A stretch of 63,973 nucleotides of DNA, counting the filler, from Hausera hauseri (Eukaryota): the NCBI GenBank assembly GCA_046269625.1. It is 10 parts of 10 records of this genome, joined end to end, with 100 filler letters (N's around TTAATTAATTAA, not from the genome) between each part and the next. Parts side by side here need not be neighbours in the genome. Positions count along the whole stretch, not along the records: positions 1 to 4,110 come from JBJURY010754763.1; positions 4,211 to 9,386 come from JBJURY010315497.1; positions 9,487 to 13,976 come from JBJURY010556451.1; 7 more parts are not named here. One strand, 5' to 3'. Positions 1 to 11,699 of the stretch are shown one piece after another (position 1 is the first letter of the stretch; every line of letters starts with the position of its first letter). The translations under genes were made by a program, and so were the position numbers. The notes under the pieces are model-generated. The model worked only from the letters and a program-made list of their open reading frames with translations, was not told the DNA's origin and searched no databases.

Positions 1-343
1 ATAGAATTCACGTTGAATGCGACAGTTCAGAAAACAACAGGGAAGAGCCCAGCAGAAATAATATTTGGAAGAACAATGCATAGAGAGAGAGATGGCATAG
101 ACAGAATAAAGCAATCGAATCAACAAAGGGTATTCCAGAAAGGGTACCAGTAAAAAGAGTGCTCCAGGTCGGAGAAAATGTACTAATACAGAGAGAATGA
201 GGAGCAAAAGATAAAGACAAATATGAAGGGCCATACGAAGTCATCGAGAGAAAAAACGATCGATGATATATACTGCAACACGCGGGCGGCGGAATCCTGG
301 AAAGAAATGTGGAAAAACTGTGGAAATTCTTAAAGGAGGAGGA
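1..343 (+). mobile_element. Ty3/Gypsy integrase C-terminal remnant (pseudogene) ending in a polypurine tract
   Basis: Frame 1 reads IEFTLNATVQKTTGKSPAEIIFGR...VGENVLIQRE*...KYEGPYEVIER (GPY/F motif) with in-frame stops. AAAGGAGGAGGA lies directly before TG at 344. Confidence 0.75.
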
Positions 344-465
344 TGTAAGGAGAAATTCAATAAACAGCCAACAGAAAGTAAGAAGATTCAGAAAAGAAGG
401 AAAATAAGACACATACTGAGTGAAGGAGATAAATGTTATATAAACTTTTATAATAAATCTCAACA
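344..465 (+). repeat. Candidate short 3' LTR (TGT...ACA)
   Basis: Starts TGTAAGG right after the polypurine tract, contains AATAAA and ends CAACA. No second copy is available for confirmation. Confidence 0.4.
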
Positions 466-1654
466 GGTAGAAAATGGGAAGTCTGCACCACCCTCCAGGG
501 GTTTGTGCGAATCCATAAAATCAATATGGCACATGTGCCAATCGATAGTGCACATGGAGCACTATCGATCGATAGTGTGCTAGGCGACGGTGCTATTAGA
601 TACCGTTGCTAGGTACATTTTTGCACATTTCACAAATCGATAGCTGCACATTGTGCAATTGGTTGAATTGACCATGACAAACTGCTAATCGATAGTGCAC
701 GTCAAGGCGCATATCGATATGCACTGTGCAGGTGCGCAGCACATGTGCAAGTGTGCAAAAATCAATAACATCGGTTTCCCGATATTGCCAATATTGATGA
801 TTAACACATTGCATCGGGTGAAATCGATTTGAAACACAATGCACTATGTGAATGTGCATTTAGAAGTTAAATCGATCGAGTCGATTTCGAATAATATCGA
901 TCCAAAGTGCAACTGATGCTGACATCTCAGTTTTTTAGGCCCCAAAGAGTCAAAATTCGAAAAATGTTTAAGCGGTAACAGACAGGAAGTGTCACATTGT
1001 AACCTGGATCTTCCATCTCAGATTTGCGAAATTCGGTGAACGATTCGAATAAATATTGGTTTTCACCGAATAGTATCGATTATCTTCACATCCATAATTT
1101 TTTGAGAAATCTGAGAGCGCCAGTCGATTCCCCATGTCTTAATGCATCTGTATAGCACTTTTCAGATGTGTCGTACATTTGCAAGTGTGCTTTAATCATT
1201 AATAACGGTTTTCCAATAAAACTTATAAAGTTGATTTTAGCACACAAGAAAGTGGAAATTGAAAAATGTAAAAGTGTACACACAGAAACTAACATGTGCT
1301 GTATCCGATTATGACGTCAGATATTCGAAAAGAAGCTTAATTAAAAAACTATTTTTTTCGATCGAATTCGAATATTCGTATGGTACCATTGATTCCTCAT
1401 GTCCGAAAACCTTTGTACACCCAAAATTGGGTGTGCAAAGTGTTTGGAACAGTCTGAAAATGAATAAAACATTGAAAATTTCGATAATATTCGGTTAAGC
1501 ATGCATTATTGAAACAATCTGATGACTCCAATAGATTGTATGAAAACCTATTTGGCACCGATGTGCATTTAATTTATTTGATGGATTAAAACAAAGTGTT
1601 CTAGAATGTTCGAAAGTTCAAAATTTAAAAATCCATGAGGCAGTATGCGTTGAT

Positions 1655-4110
1655 ATGGACGTTTCATTATTTTCAAAATCACTTCCACGAATGGTGATAT
1701 TTTTATTTGTGCTCGTCAAATAATTGGCTTATTTTTAGATGTGCAATCTATATAAACAGTGCTTGGCTCAAATCCTTGAGCCTGGAAATTGCACAACGTT
1801 ATGCAGAAATACTTCAGCTATATATACAATAGGGCTGAGTATTATATATGCCCTACATGTGAGGAAGTGTGCCCGATCAAATATGAAAATTTTTACAATG
1901 CTCATACAATACCTGATTTCCTTCACCAAGTCGAAAATACAAATATTCAGTACCAATATGCCAATAATGACTTCCATACATAAGCAAAATCAAAGATGCA
2001 GTTCATACGTGTATTGCACATGTGCAATATACCACCCTCAGAACTGTCATAATGCCATGAAGAACTATTATGGATACAAATTCAATAGGATCCTCTATTA
2101 TATATGCCTAGGATGTGAGACTATGCGGTGCAGATTACATACAGTTCTATTATGATCACAAACATCATTTGAGTCACTTCGCATAAAAGTCAAAGAAGGC
2201 CATCTTTAATGAGCAACATAATTTTGATGCATCTGCTTCTCAGTATGATGCTTCGCAATATTCGGCCTCGTATTATGCTGCTAGATCTAGTGTAGCAACT
2301 GCGAAGCATATTAGAGAATTGAAACGCGCAGCCGCATCATGCGCAGCAGCATCAGGCGAAGCCACATCAGGCACGGTTACATCAGACGCACCGGCTCCAT
2401 CAAAAACCCAAGACAGCGGCCAGTTGATGCGGCAGCATTAAAGAAAAAATGCCGCAGATATGTTATTGAGGCGATTGGTCAAACAATCCTCCAAGATTTT
2501 CTCTTATACACAAAGGACGAGACACAGGGGATTCTTCAGGACAGGGCTGAGCTCAAAGCCATTACGATGAATATGAAACTGGAAGCCACATACATCAATG
2601 TTGATGGCGAAGAATCCAATTGGGCTTTCAAGACCAAAAATAGACCCATATTGCAAAACACCAATATAACAGAATGGATGCAAGAAGCACATAATAAGCT
2701 GATCCGTGAAACCGGGGAGAGCCAGCATAAGAGTGGATGGACTCTGGCAACCATCAAGAGATTGATTGTGTATGATCACAAGTACTCTCTCATGGGGACA
2801 GTTCATATATTCAGCTATCTGATTGGATCGCTAATAAAAAAGCATGTGTCAATGTCCATAATAACGACAACATGAGTTTCATGTATGACGTTCTATCAAA
2901 ACTCATAACGGATCAAAATCATGCTTCACGAGTTTGGCTATATAAGGATGTGCAACACAACTATGACTTCCAATGTATCAAGTTCCCTCCATTTATAGAT
3001 GAAGTTAAAAAATTTGGAAAAGTCAACAACATGTCCACCAATATCTTGGTACTGGATGAGGAGGACAAATTCTATCCCTTGCAGATATGCGATGCTGATT
3101 AGAACATCATAGGGATCTGCTGCTACTAAAAAATGGAGAAAAGAAACATTATGTTTGGATCAAAGACTTTGAGCGCCTAGTCAGATCACAAATTACGAAA
3201 CATCATGGAAAAATCATGGAAACATCATGTATTGAAACTTGCAGAGCACAATATGTACTGCAACAACAATTATTGCACAAGGCCAGAATTTCCATAGGAG
3301 GATTACACTGAATTCAAGGAATTCGAAAAGAAGATCAATGTCCCAATAATTATCTATTGCGACTTTGACACTATTCGGCGTTCAGTTCAGAGTTGCAGTC
3401 CCAGTCCCCAAGAACCTCCCTACATTTGACCTCGTCAAGAGGAAAGACGTATATCCCTATGATCATATAAAATCATGGGAAACACAAGATGAGACATCAT
3501 TGGCGGCCAAGAATTACTTTACAATATCCTCTCTGATTGCGATGTCAGTGATATGGACTACCAGCATGCTCTGAACATCTGACGTGGATTCCAATGACGA
3601 ACGTTAGGAGAATACAGCAATATATACCTCAAGGAGGATGAGCAACTTATGGTAAAGAGCCATGCATTGGATCCGGCTCATTTCTTTACAGCTCCAGAGA
3701 TGAGTTCGGTAGGTATGTTAAGATATACTGGTATTAGGCTGCAGATCACAAAGGATTACGACATGATCCTCATGATTGCGACAGACATTAGAGACTGAAT
3801 GTGCCAGGCCATTCACCGATATAGCGAGGCCGACAAGTATATAGTCCAGTATGATCCATCCAAGGAATCCTCATATATCATACCTGGGTGTCAACAACTT
3901 GTACGGATGGGCAATGAGCGCCCCATTGCCATATGAAGACTTCAAGTTGGTCGAGCATCCCGAAAACATCCATATACTGGACCTGGATTCCACTGGTGAT
4001 ACGGGATACATACTGGAAGTGGATATGGAATATCTGGCTTCTATCCACGCAAGGCATCAACATCTGTCTTTCCTCCCTGAGAGCAGGCCTCCGCCCCATG
4101 GGAAGCAGAG
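1655..4110 (+). pseudogene. Polinton/adintovirus-type protein-primed DNA polymerase B, decayed copy 1 (internally deleted, cut by contig end)
   Basis: Collinear with the copies at 41183-42553 and 55837-59864. Shows the tandem Cys/His domain, QRPVDAAALK, LSDWIANKKACVNV, KKHYVWIKDFERLVRSQ, IIYCDF, RKDVYPYD and YLGVNNLYGWAMS. Many frameshifts and stops. Confidence 0.85.
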
Positions 4111-4210
4111 NNNNNNNNNNNNNNNNNNNNNNNNNNNNNNNNNNNNNNNNNNNNTTAATTAATTAANNNNNNNNNNNNNNNNNNNNNNNNNNNNNNNNNN
4201 NNNNNNNNNN
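4111..4210. other. Artificial contig spacer (44 N + TTAATTAATTAA + 44 N). Repeated at 9387, 13977, 18145, 41083, 46670, 51202, 55369 and 59920
   Basis: Nine identical 100-nt spacers whose core gives stop codons in all six frames. Confidence 0.98.
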
Positions 4211-6453
4211 ACTTAACTCCGCCTTCTGCACGACATTGTTTTCTGCGTTTTAATGAAACTTTGATCACTCTGCCCCATTATACTGCAGGGATTATTATTT
4301 ATTACAGTCATTTGAATACGGTTTTATCGTTGCAATTAATAAGATACTTAAATGAAAAAATTACCCCAAATAAATTTCTGTTGCACTAATTAGTAGTTTA
4401 TAATGTACTTACCAACATTTATAAAAATTACGGATGTTAAAAAAACAGAATGTAAGATATGACAAAAAGAAAACCACCCTATGGTTATTTAATGATACAC
4501 ACACACACACACGAGATTTTTGGGGCTATTATTAAGATATCTAAATTTTGTGTGTGTATGTGGCGGGGGGGGGTGATTGCAAATTTCCCATTTAAATAAG
4601 GTGCTGAACATTGTTATTGAAAATTTTGCAGACATTTTGTGGGGTTTTCAACCATTTTCACATTAAAATTCTATCAAATTTTTATTTTCTATGGAAACAC
4701 AAAATTTCATATCTCGTCAGAAAATGATTCAAATATTGGTAGAAATGACTTTCGAACAAAAAATTAGTTCAGAAATTCTATTGAGATTTTCATTATTTAC
4801 AATTTGTCTCTTATTTTGATTGTCACTGAACGATTTTAACGGAATTCTCATCTAGTGTGTGTATGTGTGTGTGTGTGTGTTAAGGAACGCAAAACGTTGC
4901 AAAATATTTATTGAAACTGAACCAGAATAAAATTCGAGTAAAGGAAATCAAAACTACATAGAAAAATCATTAATAATTTCTCATTTTTGTGAACAAAAAG
5001 ATCCAATGCACAACTGAATGAATTATCTCAAAAGCATTTACAAAAAAAGTTAAGACACCCCCCCCCCAAAAAAACCCTGTAAAAATTCAGATATCTCATT
5101 AGTGTAAAAAATAGCAATAGGACTCTTTTGGAGTAACATATTCAGTTATAAACCATATATACGTTTTTTAGCACAATAATGTTGCAGAATTTGTTCAAAG
5201 TTCTTTATTGCAACGTTCAAATACTTCGATCTTATTAAAATCTTCGTCAGATAATTGACATTTAAACATCAACAACACTAATACAACAAATTGTGTGTGC
5301 GAGATTTAAAAAGATAAGTTGACATTGCTTAATTCATATCGAAATATCTGCCCGACCGATGTTCTCTGACGAATATCTTAATAAAATCGAAATATTAGAA
5401 CGTGACATAAAGAACGTTAAACAAATTCTGCAACATTATTGTCCTCAAAAAGGACACAGCTTTATCAAAAACAACATCCAATCGAAATTGATTAAACAAT
5501 TGATTGCGTCAAAAACGTCTTCATTTCTGAGATTACCTTTCTATTGATAGTTGGGTATCTACATATACTTATACACTCGTTGCAAACTAATAACATACCT
5601 TGATGTTGGCACTGGTAATTTGAAAAGAAATTTACGAGAATTTACGGAAAATCATTTGCAAAATATTAAATTTTTATTAAAAAAGCAGTGGATTGACGGA
5701 TCCAAGACGTCCGGCAGATAAATCTGGTACTTCCTTGTCTGGAATAGCTGTATTTTTATTGGCCCTGAGCCGATGTGTATGGCGCCGTGTATGAATAGGC
5801 CGGAGTAGTTTCCGGGCAGATATTCGGGTTCGGCATTTGAGGACAGCGGCATAGTCTTGCCTTCGTGAAAATGTGAGGCTGGGAGTATCTGGAGGTCAGA
5901 GGAATAGGACTTCAAGGCTTCTTTGTTGGATCTAAATCTAACGCAAATATGGAATCCCGGGATCTAGTGACCAGGATAACCTGGACATCTTGATGCATTT
6001 TACCGAGCAATTTAAGGGGAAAGTATTTTACACAAATATACAAGCCCAAGCAGGAATGCACCGGTAACGAAGATTCGGCTGTGCCATGTTGTGGCGGACC
6101 ACAATCGAACACTGAATTCAGAACAGTCATCCTTATTTGTCAGAGTAGAAGCCCCCGTGGGCAGTAAAGCAGTAACAATGGCAGATAGGGGAGAATTATC
6201 TACCACCTGCTATTTAACCCCATATCTTATGGCTTATATGCAATCAGGATAAAAAGGAATAAAACTCCAAACAAACAAACAAACATGCATACTTGATTTT
6301 GAGTAGGAAACCATACATTCATGATTTTAAGGCGAGTATGATAACGAAAAAAATAAATAAATAAATGGGTATAAAAAGAATATGCAATCTAGTCTAAATT
6401 TTTAATTGAATGGTGGGTGAGGTGGTATACGTATTTATTCTTATCAGTCATAA

Positions 6454-9386
6454 TTAAGAAGTAATTGGGATGATATTGGTGCTGTTCGTATGGGGATCGG
6501 GGTTTTTAGTGGTTTGGTCTATTTTATCAAGTATATTAGTGGAATCTAATGGTTCTGATCTAGTTTTGTTGTGAGTGTTAAAGATAAAGTAACTGGCTTT
6601 TATGAATGCGGCCGACATACGCTCAGCGAGAGGCTTGACTTCGGTTAAGAGGAAACCTAGTTGTTTCAGGATGGAATTATTTTGAGGTAGCTAGCTTCCA
6701 ATGTTGCAGATGACAAATGTGGAGACATGTATGCTTTTATGGTTAAAGCCTAGTTGAGATCGGCACATTGTTTTTAAATGGGTGTATTTGGTGACATTAT
6801 CTTTGGAAACTTGTTGGACGGTTCTGAGACTGTCAAAGGACGATTTTACATCTATGATGAAAAGTTGACCACTTTTCTGTATGACGAAGTCTGGAATGTA
6901 TGTGATGTTACGCCAGGAGTGTTTTTTCTCTCTAACAACATTGAGGCCTTTGCTAGAATAGCTTCTGTGAGAACATCTAGGACTTTGTCGTGACGAGCAG
7001 TAATTAATAGTTCATGGTGTTTACATAAGTTAAGTACATGTGATTCTGATTCTTTATAATTATGGCATAGGCGGCAGTGGCGAGTTATGTATAGTTTATC
7101 CCTAAATACTCGGTGGTTTAGTGGGATTAAATTATTCCTGGCGACATAGGCAAATCTCCACGTATCGGGGTTGAGGATTATAGATGACATAACTAGGTTG
7201 GAGTAACTGTAGAGTGCTAGCATGTCGGCACATTTTCCTTGGACTTTTCTAAGTTGGGCTTTAGATTTGATCAGAGGAGTTAAGGTGATGGATTTGCCTT
7301 CGTGTGTGTCTGGAGTTTGGTTTATTGGTTTACGCCATTTTTCAAAGTAGTACGTGTGAATAAGTTTGTGAAGTTCTTTGCAGCAGTCATCAGCTTTGGT
7401 GGGAAGGATTTCGAAATCTTGGCCCCGTCTGTGGACCATGAGGATTACGTTGTCATTATCATAAAGTTCAAATTTGCACGTTATTTCTTTGCGACGGAGA
7501 TGGAGGACTGAGTCTCGATTTTTTTCCACCAAGTAGTGGTTGAGGCGGCGCTTATCCATCTCAAAGATTCGGAGAGTTCTAGATTGTTGTGGAATCGGTC
7601 ACGAGTGACTCGCAGGAGGTGGCATTTGGCAAAATATCTAATGTTGTGGGCGTCGCTATTAAGGAGTTGGTGAGCTTGGGCAATTCGTTGTATCGCATAT
7701 TCAGCCTTGATGAGCACTAGGCTCAGTGCGCCTCGGTTAGAACCCACAAAGGGGAAGTCTGTACCAACGTCGTTGGTTGGGGGTTTTAGGATTTTGTCTT
7801 TGAGAATGTGCATGAATTTGGCATCAAAGTTTAGGTAGGTGAAATTGCCTGATTTATGAGTGGTGTTACGTCCAAGTGATGTCCAGTTAATTACTCTGTT
7901 GCGGAGGTGGAATAGTGTGGTGGAGAAGATAAAATTTTTTGAACGTGTGGATTTTTTGGGCTGGGTGGAGAACAGAGTCGGTAATGGTGTTCCAGAGTTC
8001 AAGGTTGTGATGTAGTAGATCATCGAGTTGTTCTTTATTTTCGTGGCCAAATGGAACACCGAGGTATTTATAATAGTCATCACCTATTATTGTAGGTACT
8101 ATTTGTTCGTTGATAAGTAGGTCGGGCATATCATCCTTTTTATTTATGCTAAAGTAGCCACATTTGCTAGGATTGAATGTGAGATTGAGCTTAGATGCTA
8201 AGTGTACTATTTTATTGAGGAGTTTTTGAAGGTCAGTGTGAGATTTTGCTAGGTAGACTACATCGTCTGCGTAGGCCAAAGAGCGCAATGGTTTGTCGAA
8301 TGGTGATTGTTTGTTCAGCTTCGGTTAAGAGGAAGTTGGTGACGAGCGAGAAGAGTGTTATGGATAAGGGACAACCTTGTCTAACACCACGCTTGATGTC
8401 TAGAGCAGGTATATGAAGGTTACCATAGGTGTAGCTGGATTGGCAATTTTCGTAGAGTTGTTGAATGAGGAGTCTTGTATGTGGGTTTAGACCCATTTTT
8501 CTAGGGCGTGATTGATGAAGTGGTGTGGGATTGAAGGGAATGCTTCCTTAAGATCAACGAAGCACATATGTACATGTTCTTTGGGATATCGAACTACATG
8601 TTCTTTGAGCGCTATCAACAAAAAATTGTGTTCTGAGCATGCATTGTAGGCTCCGATGACTTTTTGATAGGAGTGGAAAAGGTCTCCAAAGGCTACCCAT
8701 TCCATAAGGCGGCTATGTATAATTTTGGTAAAGATACAGGAAGAGGTATCCAGGACTGCAATGGGACACCATGAGGATATTAGGTATGAATAGTCTTCTT
8801 TACCTGGTTTGGGTATCAGGGTAGTTCTGAATGATTTCTATTGTGCGGGGATGTCCAAGTTTATGAGGATATGGTTGAGTAACGTTTCCAGAGCAGTAAA
8901 ATTGGGGTCTAAGGTTTTCCAATGTGAGTATTCAATCTCGTTTTCACAAGGGCTGCTTTTTCGCATTTCTTGAAAGTCTTTTTGATATCGTCAATGGAGA
9001 TTTGTGAGTTGGTGAAGGTGTCTTTGGCAAGGGAGCATTACATAAAGTATAGTCGATGTCCGGAATGTTTGGAGAGGTTTTAGTATAGTGGCTAATCACC
9101 GCTTGTCTCGAGGGTAGTGAGATGTTGATGGACGGGTGTAAGATTTTATTGTAGACAATTTTTGGGGCCCTTTTGTACTCGAGTCTAAGGAGGAGATCAG
9201 ATTGCTCTGTTTGGCGAGTGTTTGTGATTGGGTATCTGATATGTTTTTCAGGTGTTGGGAAGAGTTCTTCCTTGGCTCTTGCTGCTTCCTTGAGAAAGTA
9301 TGTGGTCCATAGTCCTGATGTGTTTAAATATAATAAGGCTTTCTCAATAAGGGGATGAGTAGTTTTATCTTCTTTTTTCTTGAGTT
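6454..9386 (-). mobile_element. Non-LTR retrotransposon with RT and restriction-like endonuclease (NeSL/R2-group like), decayed and cut by contig end
   Basis: RT motifs EHNFLL, FVDLKEAFPSIPH, GVRQGCPLS, LAYADD, LTFNPSKC and YKYLGV. CCHC knuckle CRLC-x4-ESESHVLNLC, then RHDKVL and PDFVI...IIDVK (PD-D/ExK). Frameshifts present; stop at 6454. Confidence 0.9.
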
Positions 9387-9486
9387 NNNNNNNNNNNNNN
9401 NNNNNNNNNNNNNNNNNNNNNNNNNNNNNNTTAATTAATTAANNNNNNNNNNNNNNNNNNNNNNNNNNNNNNNNNNNNNNNNNNNN

Positions 9487-11582
9487 CTTTTTGGGGTCAC
9501 AACCTACTGGTACTAAGATCCAATCGGCGATGGTATCTCGATCTAAATCGGGAATTTCGCCATCCGTTTGATACTTCTGATACTGTTTTTTCAACAAAGC
9601 TTTCATTTGTTTATCTACTGGCACTGTTAACTTGCCATTTCTTTTCGATTGGAACACTGGCGCAATATACTTTCTTATTTTATGGTTTTCCCATATGTAG
9701 GTGTTTTCGTATACTTCTCGAGCTGGTGTGGTCTTCACGAAAAACATTGCTTCTTTAATTTTCTGGTGACTATAATGCTCGGTAGTTATTATCATCTTTG
9801 GATAATCTTTAGTTGTTGTAAAATGTACATCTTGTTGGGAATTCCTTTTTCTGAGGATATTTATTTCTGAATAGTTGTTGAAATCCAATTTCTGTGTTAT
9901 TATGTTTATACGTCGATTGCTTGGGTTTTTCTGGGATTGTCATTTGGTTATTTGCGGACATCGTTGGGATTTCTCTTGTTATCTCTGAAGTTTCGGTTTC
10001 TTCGTTTGTTTTATCGGTTCGGTCTTTTTGGGCTTGGTTTGAGCTTGTTCCTTTATTTTTCTGTCTAAACATATAATCGTAGAGGGATATTTTTCTTTTA
10101 ATCGGGGAAATTTGTGTTTTAGCTTTCTGCTTTTTCGATGGAATTTTGGACACTTTAAATGTCTCGATTTCTTCTATTTCCTTGATTGTAGATTTCATTT
10201 CTGGAATTGGTTTCACGTGGGAACTATAACTGGTACTAGGCACTTTTGTGCACGATTGATCGGATTTTCGAATAGTTATTTTGATATTATCCTGTCCCAT
10301 GGGTTCCACGACTCTACACGGGGAATACGGACGATACTGCTTCCGATACTTTTTGTTCATAGTTTTCGGGTCGGATGTACTTCGTAAATTTTGTTCTGGA
10401 TTACTGGGTGTCCACTCATGGTCCCATTTTAGAGCTATGTAAATATCTTTCAAGTATTGAGTACGTTGACTTGCGGTTAACAGTTTGCTAATCTTAACAT
10501 ATTCGCTATTCATAGCGTCCATCATTAATTTGAAATAGGCATCCATAACTTTTGGTGCAGGGTAATTTCTCTCTCGCAGTAATTTTTTGCTCTACTAGGC
10601 GACTATTAGATATGATCCTATCTCACGCATTCCCACGATGCTTGAAATAGGTATTTCTAAGAGTTTGACAATGCTGTCGATGCGATATCCAGTTATAATC
10701 CATATAAACAATGTTCTATCTCGTCCTGAACAAATTTGATGTCTCAACCTCTCGATAGTGTCTCTTTACGAATTCCTGTCGTATCATAGTATGTCTCGAG
10801 AACGCGTTTTCGGACTGATAATTGTACAATATACTTCTGTTCCGTTCTTTTCTCGAACTGAAACTTCCATTGGGATCCTTTGTGCGTCATCTCCTTTGCC
10901 ACAATTGATTGCTATGATTCTGGTATTTCTGGCATCTTTCACTAGTCTATACGATTGTAAGAATGTGTCCAAATCCTTTTCTGACGGTTGTTGATAGAAT
11001 TTCAAAGGTGGCAGTTTGATATTGGGGTAATCGTCGTACGTTACTTCGAACATTAATTTTATGGGAAGGGCGGCTACTCTGAATTCTAATTCATAATGCT
11101 GTAAATCCTTGCTACTTAAGCTAAGAGTACTGAATCTGTATTGTCTTCCGTTGTTTGTGTTCCATTCCTGGTCTTTGAACCAATAGTATATCTCACCATC
11201 TGCCAGGTGGATATAAATTTGCCAGTTCTCGTGCGTGATCATCTGTTTGAGTGAATATGCTCGGGCATCTTTGTCTTCTCTCATGGCGTAAAGGTAAACA
11301 ATCCTATTTTCTTCCGTTATGCCCTTCAAAGTGTTAGGAATTTTACTGATCTGATCATACGTCACGAAGGTTTTCTCATGCAATTCGTTATGCATTTCTT
11401 TATATATTGATTTCGAATTTGGGAGGAGGATGGTAGCGTAATTCTGCAAGAACTCGTCAATACTAAGTCGGCGTTTTGGTGATTTATCGATACTACATCG
11501 TTCTCGTTCTTGAATAGATTGTGATCCGTCGATCCTAGGTCGTCTGGTATCCGTTTTCGTATTTCTTTCTTTACTCGTCAGT
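9487..11582 (-). pseudogene. Long unknown reading frame (about 700 codons, interrupted) downstream of Gypsy pol, with a DEDDh-exonuclease-like segment
   Basis: ORFs 11449-10784 and 10546-9809 share a frame that extends up to a TTATTTTTTAG acceptor at 11583. It continues after a frameshift into 9888-9487. Confidence 0.55.
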
Positions 11583-11699
11583 CTAAAAAATAAACAGTAA
11601 GGGTTAATCTTATGACAAAGTGTGGTTTTGAACCAAAACCGATTCTTTATTAGATGACAGAATAACCCGATCTGTAATTGTCAGGTTATTTTATCATAG

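Noticed and set aside
4111-4210. Repeated TTAATTAATTAA motif as a biological repeat or CRISPR-like array
   Set aside because: It is always centred in identical N padding, so it is a concatenation linker. Adjacency across it carries no meaning.
5343-5824. 12-bp inverted repeat AATATCTGCCCG / CGGGCAGATATT
   Set aside because: No TSD or extension; one such match is expected by chance in a contig of this size.
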